33,000 nt of DNA from assembly GCA_011109175.1 (NCBI GenBank), contig RDEW01000028.1, positions 603,458 to 636,457 of the forward strand, given 5' to 3'. Position 1 is the stretch's first letter; each line of letters begins with the position of its first letter. The position numbers and the translations under genes were made by a program. Under the pieces are notes generated by a model. It had not been told where the DNA came from. It searched no databases and saw only the letters and a list, made by a program, of their open reading frames with translations. This document shows, piece after piece, positions 1 through 11,900 of this stretch. Source of the stretch: Dicyema japonicum (Eukaryota; Animalia; Dicyemida).

Positions 1-99
1 AAAAAGATTAACCCAAGACAGACGTCTCCACCAGTCTCCCATGCTACTGGTCTTTCTAATCTCGAATCTGTGTTATCCTTACGAGATCATCCTAACTTA

Positions 100-1230
100 C
101 TTATGAATCACTATGCAAAAATAAGCTACCTTCCTATCCAAAAAGACCTCTGATGTAAGAGATCGCATGCTTAGAAGTCAACAGACTTTTTAATCCTCCC
201 ACAATCCCTAATTACTCAACTTATTGCCAACGACCTATTTCCCCTTTGTCTGTTATCTTGAAGATTGCTGAAAGAGTTCTACTATTTGGGAATCCCAACG
301 AGGGCTTCGTGCTTATCATTCGACTACAACATATTTTTCTAAACTGACTCAATTTATTACTGACAGATTTATTTGAATAAACCACCGGAAATATCAACAA
401 AGATTTTGTCCGATCAACTAGACACGCTCTGAGCAAGAATATCCTTGCTACAATTATCCCGTCCCGTTTGAAAATATGGTTACTTACTTTCCTCTTTGGC
501 CGCCTTGGACGTTCCTTTATTATGTCAACCTACTTTTATTACTGATACCTTCCAAATAGAGTTCCTCAAGGTTCGGTCTTATCTCTGGCCTTATTTAATC
601 TTCATCTAGCAAGCAAACTAGAACACACTTCTTTCCTTGCCGACGATATCATACGCCACCGCGACGCAACCGGCGCTTCTATGGTCCTGCAAAGACATAT
701 TGATAAAATTTCTTCTTGGGTGGACATAATCTCCTATCTCTTCTAACGAAAATTCATCAATAACGCTTTTCAATACAAACCGCCATCAATTCAACTTGGA
801 ACCAACGTTATTTCTAAACAACGCTCTCCTTTCTGTGATTAAAACCCTAAAATATTTGGTGCTATATTTGATACTCCCTTATCATTTTCAAAACATGTCT
901 CATATGCGAAAAATCTCAGCTCAACTCACTTCGGGTAGTAGCAGGTACGTCATTTGGCCAAAAAAAGAGCTTGACGATATCTACAGACAAGTTATCAGAA
1001 AAACGATGAACTATGCTGTTCCTGCCTGGGGTCCTTGTTTATCAATACCAAACGTCGAAAAAATACAATGATTCAAAAAGATAATTACCGATTGTCTAAA
1101 AATCGCACTGACCACCTACATTGGGAATCAAAAGTTCTCCCCAATTAGGGACCATTTCACGAAGCTCAGACTACGGTTCCTTGTCAAGTGTATACATCCA
1201 GCTGACTGCCTTTGGGTCTCCACAAACAAA
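100..1230 (+). mobile_element. Degenerate non-LTR retrotransposon reverse transcriptase remnant (APE-type LINE)
   Basis: Broken RT motifs in order on the plus strand: GFR-x-HST-like at about 300-325, RVPQGSVLS at about 559-585, FLADDI (YADD equivalent) at about 632-650, LKYL at about 848-860, MNYAVPAW at 1007-1030. Many stops and frameshifts; boundaries approximate. Confidence 0.75.
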
Positions 1231-1549
1231 ATGAGTATTATTCTTATTTTGATTCTACGAACCATCTTAAAGGTTGAGCCCCCTCAGTCACAACAGAAAA
1301 TATCTACTAAAAAAATGAGAAGCTGGGGTATCAACAAGCATCTGGGAAATATTCAACCAATTATGTACGGAAGCGAAGTTTCCCTACCGCGGTTATTTTG
1401 TGTCCACTTGGCGCGCCTAGTTGTTGCACCACGTGGATTTACATTCGTATCTGTAAAAAATTGGACAATCGTCTCCACTTTGCCCATTATGCCTTCTTGA
1501 CGACTAGAAGACGGGTCTCTTTTCTCTTATCCGGGCTCGATTCTAAAAT

Positions 1550-3330
1550 CTAGACAGAATCAAATACACCCGTCGGATCTCTGAGACCGTCCGCTTTTGG
1601 CTGTGACGTCCTTGTTAGCCACCAATTTCTTACCCTCGAAGAGACCGGATAAATAAAAAAATAAATTTTCACCAGTTCGATAGTCTTTTGTAAATAATAA
1701 GTTCCATTATTTTTGGCCGGTAGCTTGAAGATTCCTTGGTTTCCTTCGTTTAGTAACCATTCTGATGATTGATGGCTTCCAATTCTGTGGAATATATCCA
1801 TTTCTTAGGTTAACGGTGAATAGTCTCTGAAGAGATCGAAGAGGTTTATAGGTCCCATTTTAAATAATTTAATTCTTAAATGATCAAGTTCGAAGGCATT
1901 GTTTTTGTATTCTCTCACGCCAAGTGTAACTCTTAGTTACATCCTCATAAGGTGAATTGACGAAATTGATAGTCCTTCCTGAGATCTATCTGGTTTCTGA
2001 AAATTATGTCTAAGAGGTCAACATCTTTATCTGGTTTATAATCCCCTACCAGGTCTTTGCAACACGACCTTGTAAAACACTTGAGTATACCACATAAACT
2101 ATGAGCGAGAAGAATAGAAGGAAAACTCCAAGTTTATCTCCGCCATTCGGAGAGTAATGATTAACCTACATAAACGTTAGAATTTCAAATCTCACATTGT
2201 CAAATAAAATTTTTAACAAACATCAATCTAGGTTGGGTCTTCAGTCTTCAAATCTTTAACGATGAAGCCATATCGGCCTGTAGAAAAAAAACTTTGCAGT
2301 CTCCTTTGAAAGAGTATTTAGAGACTTAGAGTAGAAGCAATATTGACCCCAAAAGAAGTACAGTGTACTCTAATCGACACAAATTCACATTCTATGGATC
2401 AACGAGATTTGAGTTACGAGTTTTCAGGTTTTGAAAGTGACGAGCCAGTTCAAACAGCGGCTCTTTCGCATCGTCTATTTTTGTCGCACGTCTTACCGTC
2501 TCAGACATCACTTCATTCTTTAGCGGGAGAGTTTTCATAATGGAAAGTCTTCACCAGTGGATTTGGCCAGGAAGAAGGTTTCAACAAATGCGCCGTGCCA
2601 TAAGGACTCGTCACTTTACTGGTGGGAGGCCTATTCTTGAACAGTATTGTCAGTCAGAGTTGGAAGTCTACTCCAAAATTTTGTTCTTGTTTGACATTCT
2701 GTTTTTTTTGATCAACTCAACACCAGGCGTTATTCACATGACCGGCAACAGGGCATATATCGAGTCTTAAGCATACGAGAAGAAGCATAGCTTCCGCTTA
2801 CACAGGGACAGGAAATTAGTCAGATGCTTTTTTCTTTCTCTCGCAAAACGATCAAATGATCGATGGTCTTAAAATAGCGAAACATCTTCAACACAGAATG
2901 CTATGTCCTTCAGAATTACTTCCGAGAGCTTCATTATGGCGTATTCAACTTTGTGATTTCCAACTTCGAATGGCAAAACAGTATTAAGGTCTTCCACAAA
3001 GAGAGCTTTGTCCTCATGTGACTAAGATTCAACACGGAAAAGTTGTACTCGGCCGTGAAATATTCTCACTCATTAAAGTAATGGTTGAGAACAAGTAATA
3101 ATAATAGCAGCCATTCCAAGATCACGGCACAACATAAGCAACAATGATGAAAGAAATTAATGCAAATGATAAGTCACATTTAATTAAGATAGAAAGAACA
3201 AAGTAAGAGTCCACTAAAATATTGCCCACACCCCTACGAGTCTCCGTACGTTTTATTTTACTACAGTCTTTTCCTCTACCATTACCAAGGTCAATGCAGC
3301 TTGTCACTCTACAGACCAATTAACTTTAAA
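1550..3330 (-). pseudogene. Decayed coding-like sequence of unknown family
   Basis: Long minus-strand frames interrupted by scattered stops (e.g. SHEDKALFVEDLNTVLPFEVGNHKVEYAIMKLSEVILKDIAFCVEDV; LKNEVMSETVRRATKIDDAKEPLFELARHFQNLK). Less AT-rich than the flanks. No family motif recognised. Confidence 0.3.
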
Positions 3331-4009
3331 ACGGTCGGCATCTTATTTCTTTACTTCTATAACACCATCTCCATAGACACTACATAAAAAACAAAATTAA
3401 AAATAAAAGACAAATACAAAATTAAGAAAATCAAAAATTAAACTAAAAGTTTCTCAATATCTGCTCTAATAGTGTTAAGGGAAGAAGAAAGACGCGATCC
3501 CTCACGTGAAATGATAGAGCAGGCCACAGTGGGTCGAGTTATCCCACAGCTTCGTCCAAGCACTAAAATCAGTCACCGTCTTACATTCCTTAGATGATAT
3601 GAACACGTAGGGGACATTCTAGCTATAAATAAAGTAAAACCTTATCTTCACAAAGAAGAGGGAGATGAAGTACAAGCTCAATCGGGTTGACGTCAGCAGC
3701 CATTATTATTAGCTCGGCCTTTCCACGTTTAAGCATTTTGGAGGCTAAAACCATAATGAAATAAAGTACCCTCGTTGGCCCCCGTTCTTATCTGTTTTAA
3801 AGGTTGTGCTTGAGTGATTAGGTTAACTAACTTCTTGCAAAGAACGGCATCTGCAAGTGGATATGCTTTTGGGTTAACCTCCTATGAAGTAATGATAATT
3901 TCAATTATTAGTAAAAAACAACAAAACAATACCATGCTAATTTTATTAACTTTTTTTATTTAAAATATATTTAAATTAATTAATAATTCTATTTTTATTA
4001 AATTAATAA

Positions 4010-5839
4010 TTATTTTTTCGAATGAATGGATCCTTCAGTTAATAAAATTATATAACCTAAAGACATGCATTCTACGGTTTGATTCGAAACTGGGTTTTTA
4101 ATTTGCAGTAAATTTTTAATTTTTTCAAAATCTTCATCATCGTCGTCAAATAAATTTTTCTTCGGTAAGCCAACAAAATACTTCCAATAAGAGGGAAATG
4201 AGCCCATCTCCCTGATTGTACTTGTTTTCCTGGCTTCGTTGAGATTGTTGAATATGCAGCACATTCAGCCACATTTTCAGACCTTTTTCTGTTATTTTGT
4301 TGTCTAAGATTATTTGCATTTCAAACTGGCGAGGTTGAGATTCAACAAAATGGTGTTTCCAGGTACAAAGACCTTACCGTCGTCTGAGTTCGTTTTCTCC
4401 TGCAAAGATTCTTTAGTGTCTGTTAATATTGGTTGCTTAGAAGCACGTTTGAAGGTATCTGCAGGGGATTTGTCCCTCTGAATTTTTTCCCTTGATTTTG
4501 AAACCGGCTTTTCTGGAATTTTTTAAAAATTTTGTTGCCTTTTTTCCCATGCTTTTCATTTTCTCTTTTTGATGCTTTTCCTGATTTGGTCTCGTCCTCT
4601 CTCTAAAGTGAGTCCTTTGCTTACCTTCTTTTTATTCAAAGACTTGATTGCCACCTTAGTTGACTTTTCTTGGATTTTTATACTTGCTGTCTCCGCCGTT
4701 GTATGATCCTTTTAATCTGAGGGGAATTAGGTTACACTTGAATCCTGGATAGACTTTCTCATCATCTGTTTGCGTCGTTCTGCAATTTCAGATTGATTCA
4801 GCTCGTATTTTGACAGAGATTCCCCTAGAGCTAAAGATCCTCTGTCCCCGACGTAATTTTTGGACAAATCAAGGCTTAAAAGAGAACGATTTTGTTTTAG
4901 AGCCTCCCAATAACAGAGACTACTTACATTAGCCAAGTGAACTGCCCCCTCGTCTCTTATCTCGTTATTAGATAAGTTTATTGACACCAAGTCGCAAGTT
5001 TTAATATTTTGGAGACTTTTTGAAATCATCAAAGCATCATTGTCGTTTATTTTATTAAATCTGAACGAAAGAAACTTTACTCTACCAAATATATAACAGT
5101 ATACGTGATCTCATCGTTGATGAACAAGTGATATGTTAGCAGTTTTTCACAATTCCCTTCCAAATGAAATGTTCTGCTGTCAATAAATCAGTAAACTTTA
5201 AATTTTTCATTTTTTTGAGACAGTTTAATGTCTGAACTGACGCATCGATGTCCAGGCCTACATTCCATAGTCTGCAGTAAATATGATAGCAAACTTTATT
5301 GCTGTTAGTTTCTCTACAGCTAACCAGCAAGTTGAGAGGATTTCCAAATATCTAAAGATTCTCCAGTCTATCATATATGATTTTATTTACCCTTTATAAT
5401 ACACTCTGAGATGTCCTGTTTGTCCACGTTGTCCTGGACTACAGTTATTTTAGGAGCCATAAATTCGCTGGTTTCAATAACTTTGTAGGTTTTTGTCACT
5501 GTGCTAAGTTTCATTTGATACCCCTTTCAGGCGGAAAACTGTCTGAATCAGTCTGAATCGTTTTGACAGAGGATTTGTTCTTTGATTGTTTTTGGTCCAG
5601 ATTTGGGGAAGGCTGAAAAACTCTCTCTTGGGAAACGATTGATGGAATGAATGAAAATTTTGATCTTTTAGCGAGTTCAACAAAATCTGCAAAGAAATTC
5701 CCAGTACATTCATAGACGAGATCTCAAAGTACAACAAAATGTATTACCAGTTTCGTCACTGTTTACTTTTTCTTTAATTTTCTCGGTTACTTTCTTTTTA
5801 ACTTTTGATCCTTTTTATTATTGCGATAAAACTACCCAT
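4010..5839 (-). CDS. LRRC71: Leucine-rich repeat-containing protein 71 orthologue; 14 exons, 13 GT-AG introns of 22-27 nt
   Basis: Manual splicing, introns on minus: 5835-5811, 5747-5723, 5521-5499, 5390-5368, 5294-5272, 5196-5174, 5104-5082, 4927-4904, 4735-4709, 4624-4603, 4326-4304, 4181-4160, 4056-4033. The product has YECTGNFFADFVEL, LWNVGLD, FHLEGN, INLSNNEIRDEGAVHLAN-ALKQNRSLLSLDLSKNYVGDRGSLALGESLSKYELNQSEIAERRK and DGKVFVPGNTILLNLNLANNKITEKGL, collinear with human LRRC71 as I recall it (YQCSGVLETDFAEL, LWKVGLT, FELTHTEVVERRR, DGKVFMPGNKVLLHLNL). One frameshift at the A run near 4519-4524 needs one extra A. Confidence 0.88.
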
Positions 5840-5989
5840 TTTGTTACTATTGGTTACTTATTCACTTTGAAATTTATTTTATTTTTTCCTTATTTTCTTT
5901 GACGTTTCTAAATGTTAAATAAAATTTCTTTTATTTTCTAATTAACAAAATTTTTAAACGTCAAGGATCTGACCCAACCAGTACAGCTC

Positions 5990-6620
5990 TGAAAACAGAA
6001 TGTCATGCCAGCCAACACTATCGTTGAGATCAAAGTTAATTTTGATAGCTACCACTCGGTTGATGTAAGATAAAAGGAAGGGGCGCTTCCTGGAACTTGA
6101 ACATCGCTTTTCTTTCATTGTAACTCGAATACCTAGATATCACGGATCATATAGTCTTCAGTCTATGACTATGTAATGATTGATGTCTACTGTGCTTCTT
6201 GGTATATTATGGTGTGGGATCTCTACTTAAAATCTACTCCGATGAGATCACAAGATTCTTTTCTTTGAACCCCAACTCAATATTTGTCGGAGATCTGAAT
6301 TTAAAGAACCTTAGCTCTAACTATGATAGACGTCGGTAAAAGACTCTGACAACATTGATTTTGAAAAGCTATCGTTTAAAAACCAAACGACGAGAGGTGA
6401 TAAAATAGGAATTTTCCTTGTTCCCCCGGTACATGTGGAGTATCCAGTCCTTCTACGGGGTATCAAAAATGATTGCATAACACAAAGGATGAACTTTAAC
6501 ACAGATATCGGAAGGGCAGCTGACGTTTTCTTTAGTTTTAACAGTACGCGAGTGGATAGGATCACTACAAGAATCTCTCTTAACCTGAATGATTGGCCAA
6601 AAAATATTTTAGCAAAAATA
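5990..6620 (+). mobile_element. Degenerate apurinic-type endonuclease (APE) remnant of a LINE
   Basis: IFVGDLN motif at about 6280-6300; end-of-domain spacing (SDH-like residue block followed by NLNDW) at about 6500-6596. Heavily decayed. Confidence 0.5.
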
Positions 6621-6853
6621 AATCATGATTTAATTTATTCAGCTAAGTGGTTAATTGGTCGGAAAGTTGAGGTATTGACGCATCTTTTGCATTAAATGCT
6701 TACTTTGCTTCATGATTGACGAAAGCCTATGTCTTCTTTTTTCTGCGAACGTGGATGAGGCGACAGACTCAAGTGACATCAGAAACCAGTTCTAAACTAA
6801 GGAAAAAAAAGTGTTCAATTTATGTAATTAAAAAGATTAAGGTAAGAAATGCG

Positions 6854-7745
6854 TTAATCTCCCCAGTATGTAGTAAGTAAATCACTGGTGGCAGGAAAAG
6901 GAAAGCTCTCAGGAGTGTCACTTTCAGGGACTCCCCTAAATTTTAAAATAAAAAGCAACTTAGTGTCGTCTAAGTAAATTTCTTCGGCGAGAGAACGAAC
7001 ATCAACAATAAAGGGAGTGGGTTGCATTTCTTTATGCAATAGAGTATCATTGTCAATAATAGCAGACGTCAGTTCAGTGGGAACCAAAGAATGTTGCTCT
7101 ATTGTTTCTTCTGAAAGCTCATCGAAATCTGAGTATACTACACGTGAACATCCCTCGTTGTAGTGGTTATCTAGTAACTAAAATAAGAAAATTAATTTCC
7201 TGGCAGTAATTTGAGCTTTCGTCGAAATTAATTCTAAATGGGCGTTTCTTTGCATAACACTTTGTTGTAGATAACTTCCGTTTAAGAGACGACTTTGTAA
7301 GGCGAAAACGGTTTTCATGAGAGCTCTATAAATGAGTGAACAAAATAGGACTTTTTTAGAAGAATTATCATTCTCTTGGAAATCCGTTATGGATTCATTT
7401 GAGTCTAGCAACGAACTAGTCTCCACAGTTGTAGCCTCATTCTCTCTTTTGAGAAAAATTCCCCCATCAATTTTATTAAAATCCTGGCTAAACAAAAAAA
7501 TACCTCAGTTATTGTGGAAAAATCACACTTAATAGCTTTTGACTCCCAATTTGCTGAGTTGATAAACAATGACAATCATTTGTCTGAAAACGGTTACAAG
7601 AACAAATAATTTTCCTAGCAGAAACGATAGTGGATCTTATCGATTCTTTGAAATGAACGGGAAGTTCCATATTAAGGTCCTTTATTTGAAGCAAGAGGCC
7701 AGCCAACGATTTTAAAGAATCATCCGATCTTGAATATTCCTGCAT
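6854..7745 (-). CDS. Orphan spliced gene (or young pseudogene), hypothetical acidic/low-complexity protein
   Basis: Consecutive minus-strand ORFs join in frame through micro-introns 7503-7484 (20 nt), 7351-7326 (26 nt), 7199-7178 (22 nt, GA-AG) and possibly 6959-6936 (24 nt). Exon 1 needs one added base near 7545. The 3' end may extend to about 6650. Confidence 0.5.
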
Positions 7746-8099
7746 ATCTAAGCTACATAACTAACGAAACTATCCTAATATATAACCTATTAACCGTTAA
7801 GACATTCATACCTCAAATAATCGGTAAATTATGTTAATTTTTGCTAAATATTTAAAATTTCTTTAATTAAATTATCTTATTTTTCATATTTTTGAATTTA
7901 ATCGATAAATATTTCAAATTGTTTTTAACACTAATTTATGAATTTCTAAAAATAAATTACTAGTTAGTTTGGTTTTTAACGTGATCTTGGAATGTTAAAT
8001 AAATTAAGAACATTCGAGAATGAACAGCTAAGTAATAATTCCCTTGTTTCCTTCAAGACAGACATATCCAAGGCCCTCCAATTTGAGCCAGACTAGATT

Positions 8100-11000
8100 T
8101 AGATTCATCCGATGCTTCCTTGTATCCAAAAGTTCACGTAGCCGATTTTCTTGAGTCCACGAAGGGGAACGAGAGGTTACACTATATTGAAGAAATTAAG
8201 TCTAATAGACCTATGCCACGTTCCACCTGAGCTACGTCAGGGGTTAGTTGAGGGCGATGACTATGTCCTCATGAAGGATGGGCTCAGTCTTCCTGTTGGA
8301 AAATTAACTTTGAAGTCTAGAGCGGAAGCCACGTCACTTGTGAGACTGGGTATGGTGTTTGGGTTCCAGAGAGTTCGTTTTGAATGATACAGAAAACCGG
8401 TAACTAGGTGCTACCGATGCCAAAAATTTGGGCAATTGCGAATTTCTGCAAGGAAAAGGAAAGGTGCTTAATTTGTGGTGGAGAGCACAATATGAACTCT
8501 TGTTTGGCTAAGGACAGTGAAAGGAAATGCATTAATTTCTTGACAGTTGGTCATTTGGCTTGTTATGGTGGTTGTTTTTCAGCAAAGGCTGCCTTCGAAG
8601 AAAGAACAAAAAACATGACTAAGAAGGTGTTTTGGTGATTTTTTAACCCAAATAGACGCGAAAATGTCGACCGTAAATACAAACCGAACCTCTGACAATA
8701 CAAACATTGTTACCAATTACATGAGCAAAGGGAATACTGTCGGTACTCCTAATCTGGTGGAAGGCTTAGTTGCAGACTTGGAATTGATAAATGCTGTTGA
8801 CAAACTGGTTTATATTTGTGCCGAAAAAGGATTTGATGTCAGAAGCTGTTGGCCCTCTTTTTGGAGAGGCAGAGGTTCTACAAGCATGAAGTCTGTTCTT
8901 ACTATCATTGCGGTGAACGCCCGATCTTTAAGAAAAGCGTTCTGAGATTGTGCACATGTTATCCACCAATCCCGTTGATATATTAATTGTTAATGAAACG
9001 AAGTTAAAGAGTGAGGATATTTTCAAATTGAGGGATATTGTTCTTTTGATATTAAATGGAAGTCTGGTTCGGTTGCAGGAACGGATACATCGTTGTTCTA
9101 CAGACTACATCTAAAGGTTCGTAACTTGAAGATCACATACCAAGAATTGTGTAAGTTTGTTTCCCTGGAAGTACGAATGAAAAATATGTAAATGAAAATT
9201 TGAGAAATGTATGCTAAAAAATTATCTTCGTATCCTTATCTTATCGAGAATTTTTTTCATGATGAAAATGCACTGTTCTCGATTTTTTGGGGGACTTAAA
9301 CTCTAAAGATTCCTCGTTTGGTTGTTTGGGGCGAACATAAACGGCCTTGTTTTTAAAGATATGTCTTTGTCTTCCGGGTTTTCTATTGTGACAATAATAT
9401 TTTTCTTTGTTGAGTAACCAATTTCTCGTTTAGCATGCATAACCAGCTTTTAAAAATGTTCCCAGTCATCCATGCATTTTTGGAAGCTGAATATAAAACA
9501 CCAAAATCTTCAACATCGAAATTTTTGAAACAGCGAGGTTTATTATTTTTCCCAATAATCAATGGTTCAAATTTTTCACCCTCATAATTGCAACATAGAA
9601 GTACTGTAATTCTTTCTTTAGATTGTTTGTATCCAGATGGTTGATCATCACTTTAAAAAAATGACTTTCTTGGTGTCATTTTTATATAAAGTGATGTTTC
9701 ATCACAATTGAACACACTTCCTCTTCTATATTCAATTATTTTCTTATCAAATTTATTTATTATTTTATTCAAATTTATTATTATTATTTTTTTAAACAAA
9801 AAAATTTTTTAACAATTAAACAAATGTCAGTTGAGGAAGCCTGCTGCGTGGATTGCGAACGAGTTCCTTCGGAGTATGGCTATTCCAATCTTTTGTCTTA
9901 GCCATAACCCTTCTCGTTGATCCAAATTTATTAAAATAGGCATTTATGTGGGATAAATCGCAGGAATCTTTTTTACCGCATATTGTTTTAAATTTTAGTT
10001 CATGTCTGACCTTAAATCGGTCTAGCCAACCATTAGATCCTTTGAAAGAATTAAATCTAATTTTTGATGCAACAATAAAGCCTATTTTTTAATTATTGGC
10101 CTTGATATTGGAAAATTATGTTCTCTGAGTTTCTGGAATATTTCAAATAATTTGTAATCAAATAATTTATGTCTTTCTGATGTTGTAGTAGTCTCATGAA
10201 AAATGCCCCAAAAGGGGTCGGACTATGTCGATGTCCTGATCCGCATGACCGTAAACTCATTGAGCTAGAAATTATGATGATCACGCAAGAAATACGCAGA
10301 TTAGAAAAAGATAAGAAGAATAATTTTTGGATAGCTCAGTGTAGCGAATTGTATTGAAAAAACCCTAACTTTTAGAAAATCTATAATAAAGTAACCGGAC
10401 GTAAATCCAGAAAAGAAATTCCACTGTTGCAATGTCATGATGGGTCTCTTGTATCTTTAGAAGAAATTCCTAACCTGTTTGGGGATGAGCTCTCGAAAAT
10501 ACAGTAGGTTAACCCTGATGAGCACTGTCTCGTTTGTCCCTCAGTTCTCTAAAAGAAAAGCTGGAAAAAGTAATTAGTTCTTTACCTCTACGTCACAGCC
10601 CTATAAATGCTGGGTAAGTTGAAAATGCGGTAAATGCACTAAAGACAATGCTCTGGAAAGGACAAGATCGCTATTCGTTTATTCAAGGAAGCACCCCAGG
10701 TACTCTATGAATATCTGGGATGTCTCTATACGTGCAGTATCAGGTTGGGTCATATACCTTCGCATTGAAAATTGACGGAGGTCAGGATGATACGTAAATC
10801 TGGGTAACCTGGGTACTTAACAACCAGTTATAGGCCCATAAGCCTCATACCAACGATCTCAAGAGTTATGGAAAGAATTGTATTCAACAGACTTTCTGAA
10901 AATATAGAACGTACTGATATATTAAAAGAGCATCGTGGGGTTTTCGAAAAATCAGTCTTGTGGAGATTGTTTGTACATGTTAACGCGTCAATTGTGAAAA

Positions 11001-11900
11001 CTTTGGAATCTAAAGGATCTTTGACCGCAGTCTGCCTTGATATATCCAAAGCTTTCGACAGTGTGTGGTTTCTTGGTCTTCTTATTTGTCTTGCGAAATG
11101 TGGTGTTGAAAAGGAACTTTACTTTTGGATACAAAGTTTGTTCTTGGATAGACGGTCAAATGTTAATTTTTTAAACTATGAATCTCGTGAAATTTGGTTG
11201 AGAAGAGGTGTACCTCAGGGTTCAGTGCTCAGTCCTCTATTATTTAACATTGTAATGAGTGAATTGCCTACCCCAGAAAACCCACGTACAGAAATCTTGA
11301 ATACACTGATGACGTCATAATTTATGATGTTTCTTTAAACCTTTTGGTATCTGAGAAACGATTGAAGACGTACATGGACCAGATGATGTAATGAAAACTT
11401 CCTTTCGGTGGCACAAGAAGTCTGGTATGCTGAGGATAACTGGAAACAGAAGGATGGCTAACCTAAAGAACTTGTTACAAGACATACCTCGGAAGAAGAC
11501 TATGAAATACCTTGGCCTCCTAATTGACGAAGGAAATAATTTTATGGAACATGCTAAAATACGAAAGAAAAAAGCTACGAACATCTTTTCTGCGCTAGAA
11601 AATTAAAGATCGAGCCGGAGACCTTTGTTTATGTCTTCAACACTGCAATACTACCTGCAATGTTATACGGTTTAGAAGGATGGTACGATTCGAATAAGAG
11701 AGACTCTGTCCTCAAAAAATTTGAGAAACGCGAAATTTTGCTCTAAAGCTTGCTTACGGGATAAGTCATCGAATGGCAATTTTCTATGGTTGGAAGGAAA
11801 AATGTGTAAGGTTGGCGGAACTATCGAACACCTTATTTGAGGTTTCAAAAATCGCACTAAAGTATCTGGCACATATCTTCAGAGATGACCCTGTGTTTAC
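8100..11900 (+). mobile_element. Degenerate I/Jockey-group LINE (gag-like ORF1 with CCHC knuckles, APE, RT), interrupted by a pogo/Tigger fragment
   Basis: ORF1 RCYRCQKFG...RCLICGGEH...KCINFLTVGHLA at 8405-8560; APE IIAVNARSL, DILIVNETKL (8900-9010) and GDLNSK (about 9290-9305); RT SYRPISL...VMERIVFNRL (10825-10895), LDISKAFDSV, GVPQGSVLSPLLFNI (ORF 10868-11320), MKYLGL (about 11500). Boundaries approximate. Confidence 0.85.
9355..9790 (-). mobile_element. pogo/Tigger (CENP-B-like DDE) transposase fragment
   Basis: Minus strand reads VFNCDETSLY...GYKQSKERITVLLCCN...EPLIIGK..PRCFKNF...SASKNAWMTGNIFKSWL, the characteristic Tigger/Jerky DDE_1 motif series. No TIRs found. Confidence 0.85.

Noticed and set aside
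10514-10560. CTGATGAG, a hammerhead core half
   Set aside because: No stem II followed by GAAA and no closing helices; it lies inside LINE coding sequence.
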